NCBI GenBank assembly: GCA_963812015.1
Contig: CAWETI010000003.1
Location: 1,472,001-1,536,000 of the forward strand
DNA: 64,000 nt
Source: an uncultured delta proteobacterium
Lineage (GTDB): Bacteria; Desulfobacterota; Desulfobaccia; Desulfobaccales; 0-14-0-80-60-11
Direction of reading: 5' to 3'
Position 1 is the stretch's first letter; the number at the start of each line of letters is the position of its first letter. Below the pieces are notes generated by a model that was not told the origin of the DNA, ran no database searches, and worked only from the letters and a program-made list of their open reading frames with translations. The translations under genes were made by a program, and so were the position numbers. This document shows, piece by piece, positions 58,694 through 64,000 of the stretch.

Positions 58694-60196
58694 ATGTCTT
58701 CCCCAGGAGGGGCAAACGGTCCAGAACCCCGGCGGTTCGGAAGCGGCCTGAGTTGGGCTCTGATCTTGGCAACCTTGCTCGCGATGGGAATCGGGTGCGG
58801 GTTTCAGACCCCGGGCCTTAGCCGTGGGAATCAGTCAGACCAAAGTCTTCGGTGCGCGGCCGAGGAAACTCCCCGCTTGCTCCGCGCGGCACATTATTAT
58901 CAATTAATGGGCCGGCCTGAAGTGGCCTTAAAGGAACTGGAAGAAGCCCATCGCTTGGCCCCCGGCAATTTGAAAGTGGCCAATACTTTGGCCCAATTAT
59001 ATGATGAGTTGGGCATGGGGGCCCAGGCCCAGGAGATCTATCAAGAGGCGCTGCTCCTGGATCCGGGGAACCCGGTTCTGCTTAATAACTTGGGGTTTTC
59101 CTATTACTTAGGGGGTAACTGGAGCCAGGCCGAGAGGTATTTCCGCCAAGCCCTGGTCTGCCAACCCAACCATCAGGGCGCCCGCAATAACCTGGGGCTC
59201 CTGCTCTGTCGCCAGGGACACCGGCAGGAAGCTAGACAGTTGTGGCAAGAGGCCGAAGGCGAGGCCGCAACGCAAAAAATGGCCCAAGTGCTGGCGGCCC
59301 TGGGCCTGGCCGATGAACCCCTCTATGCCCAACAATCCCGCCCCCCTTCCGGGACGCAGGACCACCGGGCCTATGCTCCTGTAGACCGGCAGTTGGCGGC
59401 CAGTCCCGTGGGCGCAACCAAACCCCCGGAAAATTTGCCGGCCCCGCCACCGGCCGTTAAAGCGTCGGTTGAGCCTGACCTCCACCCTGCTGCGACTCTC
59501 CCTGAGGTCGCCCCGGCAAAATTGGCCGCCCTCCCGGCGAAGCCGAAAGGACTTGAATCCCCTTCCCGAACGGCTCCGGCTTCTCTGCCGGGTGGCGCCC
59601 GGGTGGCCGCGGCGTCACCGTTCCCCCACCCGGCCGCCTCCGGCTTGAGCCCCGGCGAGGGGTCGGCTCGGCCCGTCCCGGCTCGGATTGCCATGGCCGC
59701 GGCCCCGTCACGGCCGGTTCCGGATCCGGAAACCGCAACCCCGGAAAAGTCCCGGCCGGCAACTCCTCAGCCTGGGCCGGCCAGTCAACCTGTCCTCCAA
59801 CCGCCGATCTCAGAGACTTCTCACGAAAAACCCAGGGCCGACCGACCGAAGTACCTTACTGCCAGCGAACTGGCGGAAACCACTATCGCCATCCTCAACG
59901 GCAACGGGATTCATGATCTGGCCCATGAGACCCGGTCACGGCTCTCTCAGGAAGGCTTTAGCGTGGCGGCCATTGGTAATTTTAGGGATTTCGGGGTGGA
60001 CCGCACGGTTATCTATTACCGGCCCGACTCAAAAAGGGTGGCGACGGCCCTGAATAATAAATTCTTCCCCATGGCGGAAGTTGAGCCGGCGCCCCAGTTG
60101 GCTGGCAATGTCGACATCAAGGTAGTTTTGGGCCACGATCAGCTTCCCCAACAACGAGCTGCGGCCCCCAGGTCACAAGAAAACAAATCGCTTTAA
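58694..60196 (+). CDS. TadD-like TPR protein with Pro-rich linker and LytR_C domain
   Basis: NNLG TPR repeats; ILNGNG...DIKVVLG. Confidence 0.82.
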   Translation: MSSPGGANGPEPRRFGSGLSWALILATLLAMGIGCGFQTPGLSRGNQSDQSLRCAAEETPRLLRAAHYYQLMGRPEVALKELEEAHRLAPGNLKVANTLAQLYDELGMGAQAQEIYQEALLLDPGNPVLLNNLGFSYYLGGNWSQAERYFRQALVCQPNHQGARNNLGLLLCRQGHRQEARQLWQEAEGEAATQKMAQVLAALGLADEPLYAQQSRPPSGTQDHRAYAPVDRQLAASPVGATKPPENLPAPPPAVKASVEPDLHPAATLPEVAPAKLAALPAKPKGLESPSRTAPASLPGGARVAAASPFPHPAASGLSPGEGSARPVPARIAMAAAPSRPVPDPETATPEKSRPATPQPGPASQPVLQPPISETSHEKPRADRPKYLTASELAETTIAILNGNGIHDLAHETRSRLSQEGFSVAAIGNFRDFGVDRTVIYYRPDSKRVATALNNKFFPMAEVEPAPQLAGNVDIKVVLGHDQLPQQRAAAPRSQENKSL

Positions 60197-60388
60197 AGGC
60201 CTGGCTGATCCCGGCTTACGGCCGCCCAGCCCGACAAGCGGGTTTTAGACGGCAATCGCCTAACCCCGCGCCGCGACTGCGGCGTCATGTTTTTGATAAA
60301 ATTATTTGACCTTAATTCAAAATCTTGGTAATAATTTATACTAGTTACCATCTGAGGAATCGACGGGGAGAACAGGCGGGCAGCCAAC

Positions 60389-61861
60389 ATGACAACCACG
60401 ATTCTCCTTGCCGATGAGCAACAGATTGTGCGTCAGGGTCTCCGGGCGTTATTGGATCGAGAGGCTGACCTCGAGGTGGTGGGGGAAGCGGCTACCGGGC
60501 CAATGCTGGTGCCGCTGGTGCGAGATCTGGCCCCTGACCTGGTACTTTTAGACCTGGCCCTGCCCGATCTGCACAGCGTGGAGGGGATACGGCAAATCCT
60601 GGCCGCATCTCCCCGAAGTAGAATCATCGCCCTGTCCATTTATGCCGACCGGCGCTTTGTGGTCAACATCCTCAAAGCCGGCGCCTCAGGTTATCTCTTG
60701 AAAGACTGTGCTTTTGAGGAGTTGGCCAAAGCTATCCGAATCGTCCAGGCACATAAGACCTTCATCAGTTCGGATCTGGCTGATAACGTCACCCAGGATT
60801 ATATCGAGGCTTTGGGCCAAAGTGAGGCGCGCTTTCGCACCATCTTCGAAGGGACGAACCTGGGTATTGCCTTGGTGGATAAAGCTGGCCGCATCGTCGA
60901 AACCAATCCTGCCTTGCAACGAATGCTGGGGTACAGCCCGGCGGAGATCCTCAATCAGCTGTTCACCCTTTTTATCTTGCCGGAAGACGTCTCCCGGTGC
61001 CAGGCCCTATTCCGGGAATTGGTGGAAGGGGAACGAGACTCTTATCACGGAGAGAAAAAATATCTTCGCCAAGATGGCCACACGGCCTGGGGCCGCTTGA
61101 CCGTTTCCCCATTTCAAGGCGTCAAGGGCGAGGGCCAGTTCGCCGTCTGCCTGCTGGAAGATATCACCAGCCAGAAACAGGCCGAAAAAGAAATCCGCAC
61201 TTACCAGGAACAACTCCGGTCCGTGGCCTCGGAATTGTCCCTGATGGAAGAACGGGAACGGCGCCGTCTGGCCACTGACCTCCATGACCACGTGGGCCAG
61301 ATTTTGGCTCTGGCCCAAATCAAGCTGGGGGCCATGCGGGCATCCGCCGCCTCCACTCAGCTGGCCGAGCCTCTGGATGAGGTCCGGCGGCTCATCGAGC
61401 AGACCATCCAGTATACCCGGTCTTTGAGCTTTGAATTAAGTCCCCCCATCCTCTATGATCTCGGATTTGAGGCGGCGGTGGAATGGCTGGCCGAGTTAAT
61501 GCAGGAGCAACATGGCCTGACGATCAAAGTCGAGACGGATCGGTCTGCCAAGCCCATAGGTGACGAGATTCGCGTTATCCTGTTCCAGACGGTGCGGGAC
61601 TTGTTGACTAACTTGGTCAAACAAGGCTTCGCCAAGCATATCCGGGTGTTTATGGCGAGACGGGATGGCAGCTTAGAGGTCAAGGTAGAAGATGACGGCC
61701 TGGGGCTGGGGAGTGCTGCCCACTCATCCTTAGACGGCCCGAATGGGTTTAGTATGTTTAGCATCCAAGAGCGCTTGAAGTATTTGGGCGGTAACCTGGA
61801 AGTGGAATCGGAACAGGGGTGGGGAACCAGGGTTACCTTGCGGGTACCATTGAAATATTGA
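60389..61861 (+). CDS. REC-PAS-HisKA_3 hybrid kinase
   Basis: NarL-type REC, PAS, ERRRLATDLHDHVGQ, EDDG. Confidence 0.88.
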   Translation: MTTTILLADEQQIVRQGLRALLDREADLEVVGEAATGPMLVPLVRDLAPDLVLLDLALPDLHSVEGIRQILAASPRSRIIALSIYADRRFVVNILKAGASGYLLKDCAFEELAKAIRIVQAHKTFISSDLADNVTQDYIEALGQSEARFRTIFEGTNLGIALVDKAGRIVETNPALQRMLGYSPAEILNQLFTLFILPEDVSRCQALFRELVEGERDSYHGEKKYLRQDGHTAWGRLTVSPFQGVKGEGQFAVCLLEDITSQKQAEKEIRTYQEQLRSVASELSLMEERERRRLATDLHDHVGQILALAQIKLGAMRASAASTQLAEPLDEVRRLIEQTIQYTRSLSFELSPPILYDLGFEAAVEWLAELMQEQHGLTIKVETDRSAKPIGDEIRVILFQTVRDLLTNLVKQGFAKHIRVFMARRDGSLEVKVEDDGLGLGSAAHSSLDGPNGFSMFSIQERLKYLGGNLEVESEQGWGTRVTLRVPLKY

Positions 61862-61880
61862 GAAAGGGGAGGGGGCCTCA

Positions 61881-62534
61881 ATGACAGTCAAGATTCTGAT
61901 CGCCGATGACCACCAGATTGTTCGTCAGGGACTGCGTTTTTTGCTGGAGAAGGAGGCCGACCTCAAAGTGGTGGCCGAGGCCGATGATGGACGGACGACG
62001 GTGCGCTTGGCCCGGGAGTTGAACCCCGGGGTGATCATTATGGATGTGGCCATGCCCGATCTCAACGGCATCGAGGCCACTCGCCAGATCATTGCGGAGT
62101 CCCCCGCCACCAAGGTGATTGCCCTCTCCATGTATGCCGACCGCCGATTCGTGATCAACATGCTGAAGGCCGGCGCTTCGGGCTATCTCTTGAAAGATTG
62201 CGCCTTCGAAGAGCTGACCCGGGCCATCCGGGTGGTGCTGGTGCATAAAACCTATCTGAGTCCTGGCGTGACCGATATTTTGGTCAAGGACTGCAAGTTC
62301 GGCGCCCCGGAAAATGAGATTTCGGCTTTCGGGCTTTTGACCCCCAGGGAGCGGGAAGTCCTCCAGCTCATGTCCGAAGGGAATTCCACTACCAAAATCG
62401 CCGATAATCTCCATGTGAGCGTCAAGACCGTGGAGAGCCACCGGCAGCAGCTCATGCAAAAGCTGAATTTGCGGAGCGTGGCGGAACTCACCAAGTATGC
62501 CATTCGGGAAGGCCTGACCTCTTTGGGGAACTGA
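61881..62534 (+). CDS. NarL/LuxR family response regulator
   Basis: ADDH, MDVAMP, LTPREREVL...SVKTVESHR. Confidence 0.94.
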   Translation: MTVKILIADDHQIVRQGLRFLLEKEADLKVVAEADDGRTTVRLARELNPGVIIMDVAMPDLNGIEATRQIIAESPATKVIALSMYADRRFVINMLKAGASGYLLKDCAFEELTRAIRVVLVHKTYLSPGVTDILVKDCKFGAPENEISAFGLLTPREREVLQLMSEGNSTTKIADNLHVSVKTVESHRQQLMQKLNLRSVAELTKYAIREGLTSLGN

Positions 62535-62739
62535 GGGCGGGTTGATCTTCCCGGATAAGCGTGGTCTGACCAATAAAAATTCCTGAAAACTATCCCCTTC
62601 CGGGGGGGGGCGGCCGGGCTTATCCTCTCGCTGCTTGCATCTCTCCCCCTAACCTCTCCTTTGGCCCTTTGCCGATGCTCGTGCGATTGGCAGTGGCGGC
62701 CATGTTTCGCCTCCAGCCAATTATAATGGAGTTTGTGCC

Positions 62740-62768
62740 TTGACCGTGGTTTCCTTTAAGGTTATTCT
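62740..62768 (+). promoter_or_regulatory. Putative sigma70 promoter of rplY
   Basis: TTGACC-N17-TATTCT. Confidence 0.55.
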
Positions 62769-62917
62769 TAATGGTTAGGAATTGATGGAGTTGGTCAAGT
62801 GCCTCCTGGATGCCCGAACCGGGTGTCTTTGCCAAACCAATACTAGAAAGGCGATGCTAATCCGACGGACCGAGCCGGTCAACATCCGTTGGGTCACAGG
62901 CGCTCGAGGGGTTACGT

Positions 62918-63553
62918 ATGAGTCATAAAGTTGTTCTGCAAGCTACCAAGCGTGAGGTCATCGGCAAACAAGTGGGCGCCTTGCGCCGGGCCGGGAAGCT
63001 GCCGGCCGTGCTCTACGGGCACCAAATCAAGTCGATGCCCATCATGCTGGACCCCCTCGAAGCGTCCCGGACCCTGGCCCACCTGACCTCGTCCAGCCTG
63101 GTGACCATCGACCTGGACGGCCAAGAGTATCCGGCCCTGGTGCGCGAAAAACAGGTCGATTTCATGAAGAATAACCGCCTCCTGCACCTGGATTTCCAGG
63201 TCATCTCCCTGACCGAGAAGATCCGCACCAAGGTCGGCATCGAGCTGGTCGGCAAGGCCCCGGCGGTCAAAGACTTCTTCGCCGTGATCGCCACCGGCTT
63301 AACTGAGCTGGAGGTCGAGTGCATGGCCCAGGCGCTGCCGGAGCGGATCGTGGTCGACATCTCCGGCCTGGCCGAAATTGGCGATGCCATCCACGTGCGC
63401 GACGTCGTCCTGCCTGATATGGTGGAAGTTCTGGACGATAAGGACGAGATGATCGCGGTCGCTTCCGCCACCAAGGAAGAGCAGATCGTCGCGGAGGCCC
63501 CGGGCGAAGCAGAAGCCGAGCCCGAGGTAATCGAATCCGGCAAGAAGGAATAG
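62918..63553 (+). CDS. rplY: 50S ribosomal protein L25/Ctc (long form)
   Basis: LRRAGKLPAVLYG, LLHLDFQ, LPERIVVDIS, IHVRDV, EPEVI. Confidence 0.93.
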   Translation: MSHKVVLQATKREVIGKQVGALRRAGKLPAVLYGHQIKSMPIMLDPLEASRTLAHLTSSSLVTIDLDGQEYPALVREKQVDFMKNNRLLHLDFQVISLTEKIRTKVGIELVGKAPAVKDFFAVIATGLTELEVECMAQALPERIVVDISGLAEIGDAIHVRDVVLPDMVEVLDDKDEMIAVASATKEEQIVAEAPGEAEAEPEVIESGKKE

Positions 63554-64000
63554 GCAGTCCCTTTAGGAAAGTCCTTATCGAGGGTGAGGCGTAATCCCCC
63601 GATCAACCGGAACCAGCGGCTATAAGCCTCATATTGATATTCGAGCCTTGGGTCAAAAGCCCAAGGCTTATTTTCATAGGGGCGCGATCCGCTGGCTTCA
63701 GCCCCATATCACCCGGCCCCAATATGGGGCTAACCAGGACCTCTTACCCCCCCTTAGCCTGATGATTTGCCGTTATTCACGCCGGTATTCCGCCCTTCTT
63801 GTCTATCAGACGCCTGAAAATTTCCTTACCACAAATGCCCCCCTGGGATATGGAGACCTGGGCATGGAGCCTCGGCTTTTCCTCTATCTCACCTTTATCG
63901 GCCAGTGCTGGTCTGGGATTCAGGGGTCGCCACCCCACCGGGAATCAGCGAAATAGGGGGATAGTATGGCCAAAATTTGCCAACCAGGCACTTTGTCTGG

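Overview
Bacterial chromosomal window. The gene repertoire suggests Desulfobacterota/Deltaproteobacteria (Desulfobacca-like); this is inference only. (1) 1-22578 is the right part of a lower-GC genomic island ending in a tRNA-Leu 3'-end fragment (att site) plus terminator. It carries a partial C5 DNA methyltransferase, a minimal 196-aa tyrosine recombinase and unrelated cargo: SGNH protein, AONS/SPT-family enzyme, MlaC, DUF2092, SAM methyltransferase, a kinase/HD-GYP block, an MFS transporter, DUF72, two MucR-like genes and CsrA. The cargo blocks are separated by a non-coding direct repeat of up to ~115 bp with conserved subsite spacing (5043, 8235, 17495, 19205, degenerate 22156). The right-hand part of this repeat also lies just upstream of the recombinase, fused to TTGGACAAAA palindromes. 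This candidate integron-like, non-attC cassette array is the best novel-system candidate in the window. (2) 22.9-64 kb is GC-rich host-like DNA: a 10-gene arsenic/thiol-redox cluster with five ArsR-type boxes, chrA, an adenylate cyclase, spmAB with peptidoglycan/glycan enzymes (NamZ fusion), a GAF kinase, a complete Tad locus with three tandem flp pilins, a NarL-type two-component pair, and a stand-alone rplY with a structured leader. All calls come from reading the sequence; no searches were run.
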